NCBI GenBank assembly: GCA_965215015.1
Contig: OZ244042.1
Span: 1,472,001 to 1,536,000, forward strand
Source of the DNA: Candidatus Poribacteria bacterium
GTDB taxonomy: Bacteria; Poribacteria; WGA-4E; PCPOR2b
DNA: 64,000 nucleotides
Direction: 5' to 3'
This document shows, in pieces, positions 22,481-32,276 of the stretch (position 1 is its first letter; each line of letters starts with the position of its first letter). The position numbers were made by a program, and so were the translations under genes. The notes under the pieces were generated by a model. The model worked only from the letters and a program-made list of their open reading frames with translations. It had not been told where the DNA came from and made no database searches.

Positions 22481-24166
22481 TTATTTTATAATGGTAACAA
22501 AGGTAATTGTCTGTTGCTTTCTATTATTAGCACCATCCTTGACGTCAATTTCAATCTTGTAGGTTCTTGAGTTGACAAGTTCCTGTCCCGGAACCACAGT
22601 CAGCGTTGCTGTTTGACCCAACACGTTTGCAATCCAATTAAGGTCCGTTCCCACCTCATTGGTCAGCTTTATGCTTCCAATGATTGGTTCGTCGAAATCA
22701 AATCTGAAACCGCTAGCATTGATTGGTCCAATATTGACCCTTGTGTTTCCATCTGACACCGTTCCACTTACAATTGATGGCCCCGTCGTATCCGGGACAG
22801 TAATGGTAACAAGCTGTGAAAAAAGGCCGCCTGAACTCGCTCTGACAGTCGTTCTACCATTACTCCGGGCGGTGACAAGTCCGGTTGGACTGATAGCTGC
22901 TACAGACGGATTACCGATCACCGCATCTGTGATGAGGTAGTTGTTGGCATCGCGCACAGCGGCACTCAGCTGCAACGTCTGGCCCGCGACGATCGGAAAT
23001 AGGTTGACTGGGCTGATTTCGATTGTGGTCGGTAACTGTACCACGGTTATGGAAGCTGTTGAGGATTCGGCACCAGATGTCGCTTTGATATAAACTGCCC
23101 CGTTACCCCGGGCGGTAACGAGTCCCCGAGGACCCACACTAACTACACTGGGATTGCTGCTTGACCAACGCACAATCGCGCCTGGTATGGGTTGGTTTTT
23201 CCCGTCCTTTATTGTAGCATTTAACTGAATAGTGTCTCCAAGTGCTATCAACTTCGCCGCCGCGGGGGTGATGTTGACAGTAGTTGATGCCTGCTCCACC
23301 GTTATCGCCACGGTGGTTGACACCCCCCCAGATGTCGCTCTGATAGTAGCTGTCCCGTTACCCCGGGCGGTAACGAGTCCCCGAGGACCCACACTAACTA
23401 CACTGGGATTGCTGCTCGACCAACTCACAATCGCGCCTGGTATGGGTTGGTTTTTCCCGTCCTTTATTGTAGCATTTAACTGAATAGTGTCTCCAAGTGC
23501 TGTCAGCGTTGCAGCGGCGGGGAGAATGCTGATTATGGCAGGCGATCCGATAATGACCAGTTGGAGGGTATCATTGCTACCCTCCGCTGCTGTCCACGCG
23601 ATGTTGAGAGTAGTTGCGCCCGGAGCTAGACCGGACGGTCCCCAAATAGCAGTGTGCCCTTGCACCACAGCATGCCTACCATTTATCGTTACAACGCCCG
23701 GTGGCGCACTAAAATTGAGAGTTAGCAATCCACTACTGAGCATCTGGGCACCCGCCTTCGGCTCACTGCTGAGAAGTTCTGCTACTTTTTCTACGTTCAT
23801 CGCAAGCTGATTCCCACCGCTTGAAATATTAACCGTGCCAGAACCCACGAATAAACGGTTCCCTGTCTTAAAGACTTCTACCTTGACTTCCCTCCGGTTG
23901 CCAACCGGAACATCGTTAACCGTTACTTCATAAGTTTGTTTGTGCCCTTCGACAATTGCAAGATGTTGTTCCTTTACAATCTGATTTGGAATGTCAGCTG
24001 CTGTTATTATTATTCTGAGGGTATAATCCCCAGCTGCCATTGGACTCAGAAAGGCGAGAGGAATATCTATTGAAGAAAAATCGTCTACATCGTCGCCGCT
24101 GCAGCTTAAGAAAAATAGAGTGAACCCCATAGCAAACCCTATCATCGAAACCAAACTTTTTGACAT
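22481..24166 (-). CDS. Ig-like (Big_2) repeat lipoprotein
   Basis: Lipobox FLSC; repeats WSSSNPSVVSV..GLVTARGNG, two near-identical with ~255-bp period; C-terminal Ig-like domain. Confidence 0.8.
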   Translation of the reverse strand: MSKSLVSMIGFAMGFTLFFLSCSGDDVDDFSSIDIPLAFLSPMAAGDYTLRIIITAADIPNQIVKEQHLAIVEGHKQTYEVTVNDVPVGNRREVKVEVFKTGNRLFVGSGTVNISSGGNQLAMNVEKVAELLSSEPKAGAQMLSSGLLTLNFSAPPGVVTINGRHAVVQGHTAIWGPSGLAPGATTLNIAWTAAEGSNDTLQLVIIGSPAIISILPAAATLTALGDTIQLNATIKDGKNQPIPGAIVSWSSSNPSVVSVGPRGLVTARGNGTATIRATSGGVSTTVAITVEQASTTVNITPAAAKLIALGDTIQLNATIKDGKNQPIPGAIVRWSSSNPSVVSVGPRGLVTARGNGAVYIKATSGAESSTASITVVQLPTTIEISPVNLFPIVAGQTLQLSAAVRDANNYLITDAVIGNPSVAAISPTGLVTARSNGRTTVRASSGGLFSQLVTITVPDTTGPSIVSGTVSDGNTRVNIGPINASGFRFDFDEPIIGSIKLTNEVGTDLNWIANVLGQTATLTVVPGQELVNSRTYKIEIDVKDGANNRKQQTITFVTIIK

Positions 24167-24461
24167 TGTCTATCCTCTTCTCCTTTGTTGTTTACCAAAT
24201 GTTTATCCGCGAGATGGATCTCCCACCTGCCTAAGAGCTTGTTACTGGACAATTCACCACACGGTTTGTAGTCGCGCAATCGATTGCATATCTTGAAAAA
24301 GCTGGCGAGATATCAACAGACTACAAACGGGCGAACAATTGTCCTACTATGAACCTCGACTGGCGCAGTTGCAAAATTCGTTGTGAGTATTAACCGGCGC
24401 GGATTTGACAAACTTTCGACACACAATACCATCCCTGTTGGGGAAAGAAGGTTACCGTTTT

Positions 24462-25781
24462 TTACGGAATACTTATTGAAATTTTTAAGTTCCCGGTCTG
24501 TAGTTGACTTGCCTGGTCGCTTCCACCATCGCTATCGTTTCCATCATCGCTATCGTTTCCATCGTTGCTACGATTAGAGAGTACGAACGCGGCGACACCA
24601 GCTCCAGATGCTGCAACAAACCCTCCGATAATAAAAGGCCATTTTGATCTGCCGCTTCGGATCGCTGGCAACCGTTGGAGCATAGGGTTGACTTCCACCT
24701 CTCGGCCCGCTTTGATACTGATTTCCTGTGTATAATCCTCGTAATCCTCAAGGGTTAATTTCAACATGTGTGTTCCAACCATCACATCTTGAATCCGCAC
24801 CGGTGTGCGTTGTGCTTGCAAAACATCAGCAAGCATTACTTGCGCCCCAGTGGGCTGGGAGTTAACAAAAATCGAGCCGGTTTGCCCCGGTGGCACTGGA
24901 CCCCCAGGAAGCACAAAAATGAAACTCCCTTTGTTCAGTTCCGGACCCATAATTTTACCATGCTGTGGATGTTGCGCTCCATTGTTGTATTCAGGCACTT
25001 TCCTCGCTAGGTGTGCTCCCAACTCCTCTCCTGTTATGTAACCATCAGGGAATGGATCTTTTGCCTTGCCTTGGATGAGGTCTAAGAACTCCTGCTTAAA
25101 AACACTATAGTTGGGGAGCTGTTCATTAGCACGGCCCGCAGTGATGAACTGCCGTACCGGTTGTTTGACACGAGCTGAGATGTGTTCGGAAGTTACCCCG
25201 GCTCGTAAGCTGAGAATCATGCCGGAAAAGCAGCTGTCAAACACAAGCAACATATGCCGTGATTGTACCAACCTCACTTGTTTAATCAGCAATGTCAGAT
25301 CCATAGCTTTGAGTTTGAAGTTGATTACGTCTTTTTCTGGCAACGGCGCGTCAATCATTACCAGATAGCCAAGGTCTTCGCCGGTTGCCATCTTCTGGGT
25401 GTAGCCATGCCCTGCATAATAAAACAGGAGGCGGTTGTCTGGATCTCCACCGGCGTTGACGATGAAATCAGCGAACACCTTTTCAAATTCCTGCTTCGTC
25501 AAATCTTTTTTTAACGTTACGGAGAAGCCGTGCACCTCAAGGACATCTGCGACTTCATCCACGTCCTGAAGCACGCCTGAGAGCTGGGACCAACCCTCGG
25601 TGTAGCTTCCGTTGCCAACGACGAGAGCGTAGGAGTCTTTATACAGTTCAATTTCTTCGCCCTGCTGCGTGCGGACTGAGATGGTTTTTATATCGCGAAT
25701 TGCCTGTGCAAACAACTCTCCTGCGGCGACCAAATATAAACAAAGCGGCGTAACAAGTAGGGAAATCAGGCGTTTTGTCAT
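24462..25781 (-). CDS. Exported caspase-family (C14) peptidase + PEGA + C-terminal hydrophobic segment
   Basis: Signal peptide; SYALVVGN, YYAGHG, FDSCFSG dyad; PEGA GSIFVNSQPTGAQV; KWPFIIGGFVAASGAGVAAFVL; start at ATG 25781 behind AAGGAG. Confidence 0.85.
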   Translation of the reverse strand: MTKRLISLLVTPLCLYLVAAGELFAQAIRDIKTISVRTQQGEEIELYKDSYALVVGNGSYTEGWSQLSGVLQDVDEVADVLEVHGFSVTLKKDLTKQEFEKVFADFIVNAGGDPDNRLLFYYAGHGYTQKMATGEDLGYLVMIDAPLPEKDVINFKLKAMDLTLLIKQVRLVQSRHMLLVFDSCFSGMILSLRAGVTSEHISARVKQPVRQFITAGRANEQLPNYSVFKQEFLDLIQGKAKDPFPDGYITGEELGAHLARKVPEYNNGAQHPQHGKIMGPELNKGSFIFVLPGGPVPPGQTGSIFVNSQPTGAQVMLADVLQAQRTPVRIQDVMVGTHMLKLTLEDYEDYTQEISIKAGREVEVNPMLQRLPAIRSGRSKWPFIIGGFVAASGAGVAAFVLSNRSNDGNDSDDGNDSDGGSDQASQLQTGNLKISISIP

Positions 25782-25925
25782 AATAATCTCCTTTGAAGGC
25801 TGCGAACGCGCAGTCAAGGTTCATTCTTTCCACAGTTTACCGTTCCGTTAGGATTTCAAGCGTTTTACCATCGTAAAAATTGCCTTTCATTTCTACTCAC
25901 TGTAAAGGCATAAAAAGGTAAAAAT

Positions 25926-28775
25926 TTAAGGGGGTGCAGTCCTCGCACAACGAAACCTGAAGTAGGGATTTGTGAATGTTGGAGCATTTCCGCGGCGATC
26001 AGCGACGCGCAGGGACCTCGAATTACCGACCCACGAGCCACCGCGCAACACTCTATTATTTTTAATATTTGTGAAATTACTTGTAATATCTGTAATACTA
26101 TTCACCCTTGCAATCGGATTGCGACGCGGTGAGATTTTATAGTAATTCCCTTGATATTCGTCTAAGCACCACTCCCACACATTGCCCGCTATATCGTAGA
26201 GCCCATAAGGGTTAGGGGCATAGCTCCCCACAGCAGTCGTGCCTCCAAGATTACTATTGTAGTTTGCCTTGTTTGCATCTATCGAATCCCCCTCCCACGG
26301 ATACTTTTTACCCGACAATCCACCCCGTGCTGCCCTTTCCCACTCTGCCTCCGTTGGCAAATGCTTGCCCGCCCACTCCGCATACGCCATGGCACCGTAC
26401 CAACTCACATACACAACGGGGTGATTTCCTCTACCGTAACTGTTTCCAGTCCAGTGTTTTAGATAATTCCCATCGTGGTACCTTCTAGGTATCTGGTCTT
26501 TCCCCCACCACGGGTTGGCATCAACGAACTCCTTATATTGTACATTGGTCACCTCGTATATGTCTATATAGAACGCATCGACATAGACGGTATGCACCGG
26601 CTTTTCGTCAAAATTACCATCGTTACTTCCCATCTGAAAGTCGCCTGCGGGAATAAAGACCATGCCCTCAAGCGAGTCACTACTTTGGCGTATCTTTGTC
26701 TCCTCCAAGCGGACCTCCCACAGCGTTTGTTGGCCGCCTCTCAGCATTAACCTTTCCACGTGGCTCTTGTAACCCGAAAGCTCTAAGCGTATCTCAATCT
26801 GTTTTTCACGCGCCCTCCCGGTGTCAATCTCATAGTCATGTAACGGCGTTTGTCCAATCGAGTCACCCTCACCCTCAATGTAGACAAGTGCCCCGCTCGG
26901 TATGCTAGTAACCGTCAACGTTCCGGTTCGAGAGATGATTTTCTCCAAGGGGATATCCCGCAGCGTTTGTTGGCCGCCTCTCAGCACTAACCTTTCCACG
27001 TGGCTCTTGTAACCCGAAAGCTCTAAGCGTATCTCAATCTGTTTTTCACGCGCCCTCCCGGTGTCAATCTCATAGTCATGTAACGGCGTTTGTCCAATCG
27101 AGTCACCCTCACCCTCAATGTAGACAGACGCACCGCTCGGTGTGCTAGTAACCGTCAACGTTCCGGTTCGAGAGATGATTTTCTCCAAGGGGATATCCCG
27201 CAGCGTTTGTTGGCCGCCTCTCAGCACTAACTTTTCCACGTGGCTCTTGTAACCCGAAAGCTCTAAGCGTATCTCAATCTGTTTTTCACGCGCCCTCCCG
27301 GTGTCAATCTCATAGTCATGTAACGGCGTTTGTCCAATCGAGTCACCCTCACCCTCAATGTAGACAGACGCATCGCTCGGTGTGCTAGTAACCGTCAACG
27401 TTCCAGTTCGAGAGATGATTTTCTCCAAGCGGACATCCCACGGCGTTTGTTGTCCACTTCTCAACGTTAATTGTGTTATGGCGCGCTTGTAGCCTGAAAG
27501 TTCTAAGACGACCGTCACCCGTTTTTCGTGCCGTACACCTATATCCATCTTATGGCTCGTCAGCGGGGACCTCCCAATCAAATCATTGTCAACGTAAATA
27601 TCAGCACCGCTCGGTGTGCTAGTAACCGTCAACGTTCCGGTTCGAGAGATGATTTTCTCCAAGCGGACATCCCACGGCGTTTGTTGTCCACTTCTCAACG
27701 TTAATTGTGTTACGGCGCGCTTGTAGCCTGAAAGTTCTAAGACGACCGTCACCCGTTTTTCGTGCCGTACACCTATATCCATCTTATAGCTCGTCAGGGG
27801 GGACTTCCCAATCCAAGCATTGTCAACGTAAATATCAGCACCGCTCGGCGTACTAGTAACCATTAACAGCGGAGGCGTGGGAGGGAGGGGCTCCGCTGGC
27901 AGCACAAACACAAAATCACCCTTGTCCAACTTCGGATTGCGAATTTTGCCATACTGCGGGTGTTGCGTGGGGTTGTAGACCGGCACCTGATTTTTCAGAT
28001 AAAACCCTAACTCCTCACCCGTTATGTACCCATCACGAAACGGCTCATCTGCACGTCCCTCAATTAGATCTAAGAACGCTTGTTTAAAATCGCTGTGGTC
28101 TGGCACTACTTCCCCCGCCCGCCCCGCTGTAATAAACTGCCGTACTGGATACTTAACGTTGTCCGAAATGCTTTCAGAAGGACGACGGAGGCGATCCCGC
28201 ACATTGAGAATTGTCCCGGAGAAGCAGCTATCAAATATAAACAGCACATGCCGCGCCAAGATTTTCTCTGCCTGCGTCACAAGCGATTCCATAGGGATAC
28301 TTTCAAGCTCAAAATCGATCTTATTTACCTCCGGTGTAGGCGCATCTACCATGACAAGGTATCCGAAGGCTTCACCGGTTGCACCTTTGCGAGTGTAGCC
28401 GTGGCCAGCGTAGTAAAACAGGAGCCGATTGTTAGCGGCTTCACCAGACTTCAAGACAAACTCCGCAAAAGCACGGTCAAATTTAGCCTTCGTCAAATCC
28501 TTTTTTAATGTAACGTTAAAGCCATGTTTTTTGAGGGCGGTTTCAACTTCCTTCACATCCTTGAGGGCACCCTCCAGCGGATCCCAGCCCTTTGTGTAGG
28601 TTCCGTTGCCAACAACGAGGGCATAGGAATCTTTATACAGTTGAATCTCGCCAGCCGTTGTGTGGACGGTGATAGGTTTCATGCCACGGCCTGTCTGCGA
28701 AAATAGATCTCCAATGATGATTAGACAAAAAAAGGAGACCATCGCAACGCATTGGAAAATCGGAGGTTTTGTCAT
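25926..28775 (-). CDS. Exported caspase-family peptidase + 5 PEGA repeats + FGE-sulfatase (C-lectin fold) domain
   Basis: YYAGHG/FDSCFSG; five VTS(T/I)PS(G/D)A repeats; MVFIPAGDFQMGS, LPTEAEWERAARGG, GNVWEWC, RVLRGGSW. Confidence 0.9.
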   Translation of the reverse strand: MTKPPIFQCVAMVSFFCLIIIGDLFSQTGRGMKPITVHTTAGEIQLYKDSYALVVGNGTYTKGWDPLEGALKDVKEVETALKKHGFNVTLKKDLTKAKFDRAFAEFVLKSGEAANNRLLFYYAGHGYTRKGATGEAFGYLVMVDAPTPEVNKIDFELESIPMESLVTQAEKILARHVLFIFDSCFSGTILNVRDRLRRPSESISDNVKYPVRQFITAGRAGEVVPDHSDFKQAFLDLIEGRADEPFRDGYITGEELGFYLKNQVPVYNPTQHPQYGKIRNPKLDKGDFVFVLPAEPLPPTPPLLMVTSTPSGADIYVDNAWIGKSPLTSYKMDIGVRHEKRVTVVLELSGYKRAVTQLTLRSGQQTPWDVRLEKIISRTGTLTVTSTPSGADIYVDNDLIGRSPLTSHKMDIGVRHEKRVTVVLELSGYKRAITQLTLRSGQQTPWDVRLEKIISRTGTLTVTSTPSDASVYIEGEGDSIGQTPLHDYEIDTGRAREKQIEIRLELSGYKSHVEKLVLRGGQQTLRDIPLEKIISRTGTLTVTSTPSGASVYIEGEGDSIGQTPLHDYEIDTGRAREKQIEIRLELSGYKSHVERLVLRGGQQTLRDIPLEKIISRTGTLTVTSIPSGALVYIEGEGDSIGQTPLHDYEIDTGRAREKQIEIRLELSGYKSHVERLMLRGGQQTLWEVRLEETKIRQSSDSLEGMVFIPAGDFQMGSNDGNFDEKPVHTVYVDAFYIDIYEVTNVQYKEFVDANPWWGKDQIPRRYHDGNYLKHWTGNSYGRGNHPVVYVSWYGAMAYAEWAGKHLPTEAEWERAARGGLSGKKYPWEGDSIDANKANYNSNLGGTTAVGSYAPNPYGLYDIAGNVWEWCLDEYQGNYYKISPRRNPIARVNSITDITSNFTNIKNNRVLRGGSWVGNSRSLRVADRRGNAPTFTNPYFRFRCARTAPP
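26700..27860. repeat. Intragenic tandem PEGA repeats (3 x 240 bp, 2 x 234 bp)
   Basis: Near-identical nucleotide blocks at 26761/27001/27241 and 27421/27655. Confidence 0.9.
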
Positions 28776-28838
28776 GGAAGGGGCCTTACTATAAAAATAT
28801 AAAACCTGAATTTGGACTGAAGGGGTATTCCCTGGTTC

Positions 28839-29693
28839 TTAGGTAAGTGATGTGCGGAGAAGGACATGACAGACGCGTTTCTGCACATCATACCATCGTT
28901 CAACCGTCTCTATTCCCTTTAAGGTGACGTCAATATGAGTGCGGGTGATTATCCTCAGGGATCCTCTATGCAATTTTTTTAGAATAGAAACGTTTGATTC
29001 AATAGTGAGTGCAAGATTGACTCGGGCTCGGTGTTCTGCTCTCGCCCACGCTTTGTCGGGATAAGCCCCCATATGGCTTTGTCCGTGCGCGTAAGTATAC
29101 CCCGGCTGACTTGGAAGATTTTCAAGCCAGTTAGGAGGGGAGGGACTAGCGGTTGTGACGTGGTTGGGCAGGTTGGGTGTCGTGCCTAACCCCACAAATA
29201 TCATCGTTAACGCTTCGCCATGATAGGTTGCCAAGTGTTCGTGTTTCTCTTGGACGTGTTCTTTTACACCGGCATCTAGTTCTTCCCGAAATCTTGGTAT
29301 TAGCTGCCCATTTATCGAAATCTGCTTTCCATGTATGCGGACACGGGTAGATTTCGCTACGCTCTCAATTCCATCATCAATAGCCTTCTTTAAGGCTTTT
29401 TCAGGATATCGCCCGGTCAATGCGTACCCTACAGCGGTCGGAAACGGGAGATCAAGTAGTGGCTGCCAAAACCAATATGGATACGCGATGTTTGCGTTCT
29501 CTGTGCGGGATGGGGAGACGGAAGGACCGGAAGCCACCACCGACGTGTCCCAATCAACTTTTGAGGATTGGCAACTCATGAGCAGAAATATAAAAAAAAC
29601 AGACAAATATCTGTATTTTCCCATAAATCCATGTTCTTTATCACGAATTACGCGAGTTGGTATGCACAGACTCTTTTGAGCCCGAGTATTCAT
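28839..29693 (-). CDS. LPP20-like lipoprotein (two modules)
   Basis: Lipobox LMSC (likely start MGKYRY at 29624); PNWLENLP, AEHRARVNLALTI. Confidence 0.6.
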   Translation of the reverse strand: MNTRAQKSLCIPTRVIRDKEHGFMGKYRYLSVFFIFLLMSCQSSKVDWDTSVVASGPSVSPSRTENANIAYPYWFWQPLLDLPFPTAVGYALTGRYPEKALKKAIDDGIESVAKSTRVRIHGKQISINGQLIPRFREELDAGVKEHVQEKHEHLATYHGEALTMIFVGLGTTPNLPNHVTTASPSPPNWLENLPSQPGYTYAHGQSHMGAYPDKAWARAEHRARVNLALTIESNVSILKKLHRGSLRIITRTHIDVTLKGIETVERWYDVQKRVCHVLLRTSLT

Positions 29694-29865
29694 AAGGAGA
29701 GTGCCTCGCCTAATAATATAGGGAGGAGGTCACTGTCCCGCTGTTTGAAGTTAGGAAAATTCTTCTTACTTCATCGCGGCACGGTGATTAAGGTGAGCTC
29801 CGGTACAACAGGGTTATCCCCATTGTACCGGAGTAACGGTGGCGTACCTCGTTTACAGGCAGTTC

Positions 29866-30516
29866 TTATTGAGTCTGCGACGTAGCTGGATCCCCATCCT
29901 GACCTATTGGACTGGGAATAGAGGGTTGCCCTGACTGTTCTTCCCGCTCGCGGAGGTCCTTAATCTTTTCTGCCAGTTCGTTGTGCCCCTTCCAGGCCTG
30001 GAACTCTTGATACAAGGCTGCCTCATTGCTAATCTGTTTAACAAGCGGATCCTCAATATTGCTCTTTATAGGCATTCCCAACATAAGTTGCACGTCGTAT
30101 AATCCACTTTTTTCCGTAGCTTTTGTTGTGATAACGGCAGTATCTTGTAATGTCTCATCGGCAAGACTCTCGGAGACTTGACTAAAAACGGCATTAATTC
30201 TTGCGTCGGCCTCTCCGCCGAGCTGTTGCTGAAAATCCTTGGAAAGCGCAGTAACCTGTGCCTTCGCTTTAAGTGCCATGGCCGCCCTTGCTCTTTGCAT
30301 TGCCATTGACCTTGCCATGTTCAGGTTTCGCGAATTACCGAGGCCGATGGTGTAGAGAAAGCCGTCAGTGCCATCGGGGTGGGGTTCGAGTATGTGAACC
30401 TCGCGCGCTCCTGGGTCGATAACTGATTGGGCGACCTCTTTACCACCGCAACCTACCAAGACCAACCCCGCGCCAACGCAGAGGAGAAGTGTTATATTTA
30501 AAATCTGTTTCATCAT
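29866..30516 (-). CDS. LPP20-like lipoprotein
   Basis: Lipobox LVGC; LYTIGLGNSRNLNMARSMAMQRARAAMA; RBS AAGGAG. Confidence 0.65.
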   Translation of the reverse strand: MMKQILNITLLLCVGAGLVLVGCGGKEVAQSVIDPGAREVHILEPHPDGTDGFLYTIGLGNSRNLNMARSMAMQRARAAMALKAKAQVTALSKDFQQQLGGEADARINAVFSQVSESLADETLQDTAVITTKATEKSGLYDVQLMLGMPIKSNIEDPLVKQISNEAALYQEFQAWKGHNELAEKIKDLREREEQSGQPSIPSPIGQDGDPATSQTQ

Positions 30517-30679
30517 TTTGAAACTCCTTTTTCAACTTGAAGGTTGGCACGGATGCCTTATGCACCCGTGTGAGTTTCAGCCGCAAAGGCTGAAGATTAA
30601 CAGTCAGGCGATCTAACTGACATCTGTTATTGCCCCGCGATGGAACTTGCTTAAATAAGTTGACCTCAACTTACTCTAA

Positions 30680-31109
30680 AGAATCAGGATTCTCAAGATG
30701 GAAGGATTTTCGGGATAGCGAATGGCAATGGATAGAGTCAATCCTGTGAATCCTAAAATCCGGTAAAACCAGATTCAGACAAATGTCGCGATGATTTTGG
30801 AGGCTGAGGTGTAACTTGTCAGAATCAGGATCTTCAAGATGGAAGGATTTTCAGGATAGTGAATGGCAATGGATAGAGTCAATCCTGTGAATCCTAAAAT
30901 CCGGTAAAACCAGATTCAGACAAATGTCGCGATGATTTTGGAGGCTGAGGTGTAACTTGTCAGAATCAGGATTCTCAAGATGGAAGGATTTTCAGGATAG
31001 TGAATGGCAATGGATAGAGTCAATCCTGTGAATCCTAAAATCCAGTCAATCCCGATTCAGACAGAATGCGGCGATGATTTTGGAGGAGGGTGTGTAACTT
31101 GTCAGAATC
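30680..31109. repeat. Three tandem ~141-bp palindromic (MITE/REP-like) units
   Basis: Units start at 30680, 30821, 30962; bounded by ttgtcagaatc...gattcagacaa inverted ends with internal ggatt/aatcc arms. Confidence 0.85.
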
Positions 31110-31302
31110 TACTTTCCGGAGGCAACCTTCTTCAGATAGGCCTTTGTCTCTGTAGGCTTTTTCGCAATAAGTCGTTACATACCTATTTAACGCGCAGAAG
31201 AATCCGGGTGGAAGGATGGGCGACTCACTTCGTCACCCATTCTTCCACTACTGTAGAGATACTGTTCGTTGAGGAGATGCTAACCCCTCCTGCTCGCTGC
31301 GT

Positions 31303-31836
31303 TTACCGCTCGCGAAGTTCTAGAACCTTTTTTGCTAAGTCGTTATGTCCTTTCCACGCTTGGAACTCTTGATATAAAGCTTCATCTTGACCGATTTCCT
31401 TAACAAGTACATCTTCGATATTATCCTTTATGGACATTCCCAACATCATGTGTACGCTGTACAGCCCATTTTTCTCCGTCACCTTCGTTTTGATAATGCT
31501 AGATTTTATTAACCGTTGATCGGCGAGGGCCTCGGAAACTCGAGTAAAAGCGGCGTTGATTTGTCCGGTAGCTCCTGCGCCGAGTTGTTGCTGAAAGTCC
31601 TTGGACAGCGCGGTGACATGCGACTGAGCCACAAGTGCCATGGATGCCCTTGTTCTTTGCGTTGCCATTGCCTTCGCTAAGCTTAAATCGCGCGATTCAC
31701 CTATGCCAACAGCGTAGAGCAATCCATCTTTGCCATCAGGAAAAGGCGTAAGTGTATCACTTTTACCGCAGCCGACGAAAACCAGCCCCGCGCCGATACA
31801 GAGACAAAATATGAGAGTTAAAATGGATTTCAACAT
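31303..31836 (-). CDS. LPP20-like lipoprotein, paralog of 29866-30516
   Basis: Lipobox FVGC; shares ALSKDFQQQLG and ALYQEFQAWKGHN; start at ATG 31836. Confidence 0.7.
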   Translation of the reverse strand: MLKSILTLIFCLCIGAGLVFVGCGKSDTLTPFPDGKDGLLYAVGIGESRDLSLAKAMATQRTRASMALVAQSHVTALSKDFQQQLGAGATGQINAAFTRVSEALADQRLIKSSIIKTKVTEKNGLYSVHMMLGMSIKDNIEDVLVKEIGQDEALYQEFQAWKGHNDLAKKVLELRER

Positions 31837-31870
31837 TGCAAAACTTTTTCCTTCGGCAAAAAAACTTATT

Positions 31871-31907
31871 TTGACGTACTCCCCCACCCTGAAGGGTAGG
31901 AATTTTC
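31871..31907 (-). mobile_element. Orphan IS200/IS605-family right end
   Basis: gaaaattcctacccttcagggtgggggagtacgTCAA hairpin + TCAA, similar to the end at 61691-61726. Confidence 0.55.
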
Positions 31908-32276
31908 ACCTGTCCAGAGTATAAAATTGTGCTATCAACAAGGTTAGCCCGCCGAAGCGGAACGGGCACCCTCTTCCTCATGGGTTGACGCCCCAACCCT
32001 ACCCCCCGCAAGCAGGGGAAGGAGAGGGAATGATTGCTGCTGTGGTCTCTATCTGAGTGTGTATGGCAATTTGACACTGCCAAAGTCAATTGTTTTTGAC
32101 GTATCAACGTATTTGGGCTGACTACATCCCCTCTCTAAAGGGTTTGGGCTGCGGGGCTTGGCAGTAAGATTGATAAATCGTCGAACTACGAGGCTTTGAG
32201 GGGGTAACTGCGTAAATTCTGAAAGTTAAACCGAATCACCCCTAAAATACTATTTTAACAACTGACAAGGAAAATA

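Noticed and set aside
25800-28775. Complete DGR cassette
   Set aside because: No reverse transcriptase, avd or template repeat found in the window
30680-31109. CRISPR array
   Set aside because: Whole 141-bp units repeat; there are no unique spacers and no cas genes
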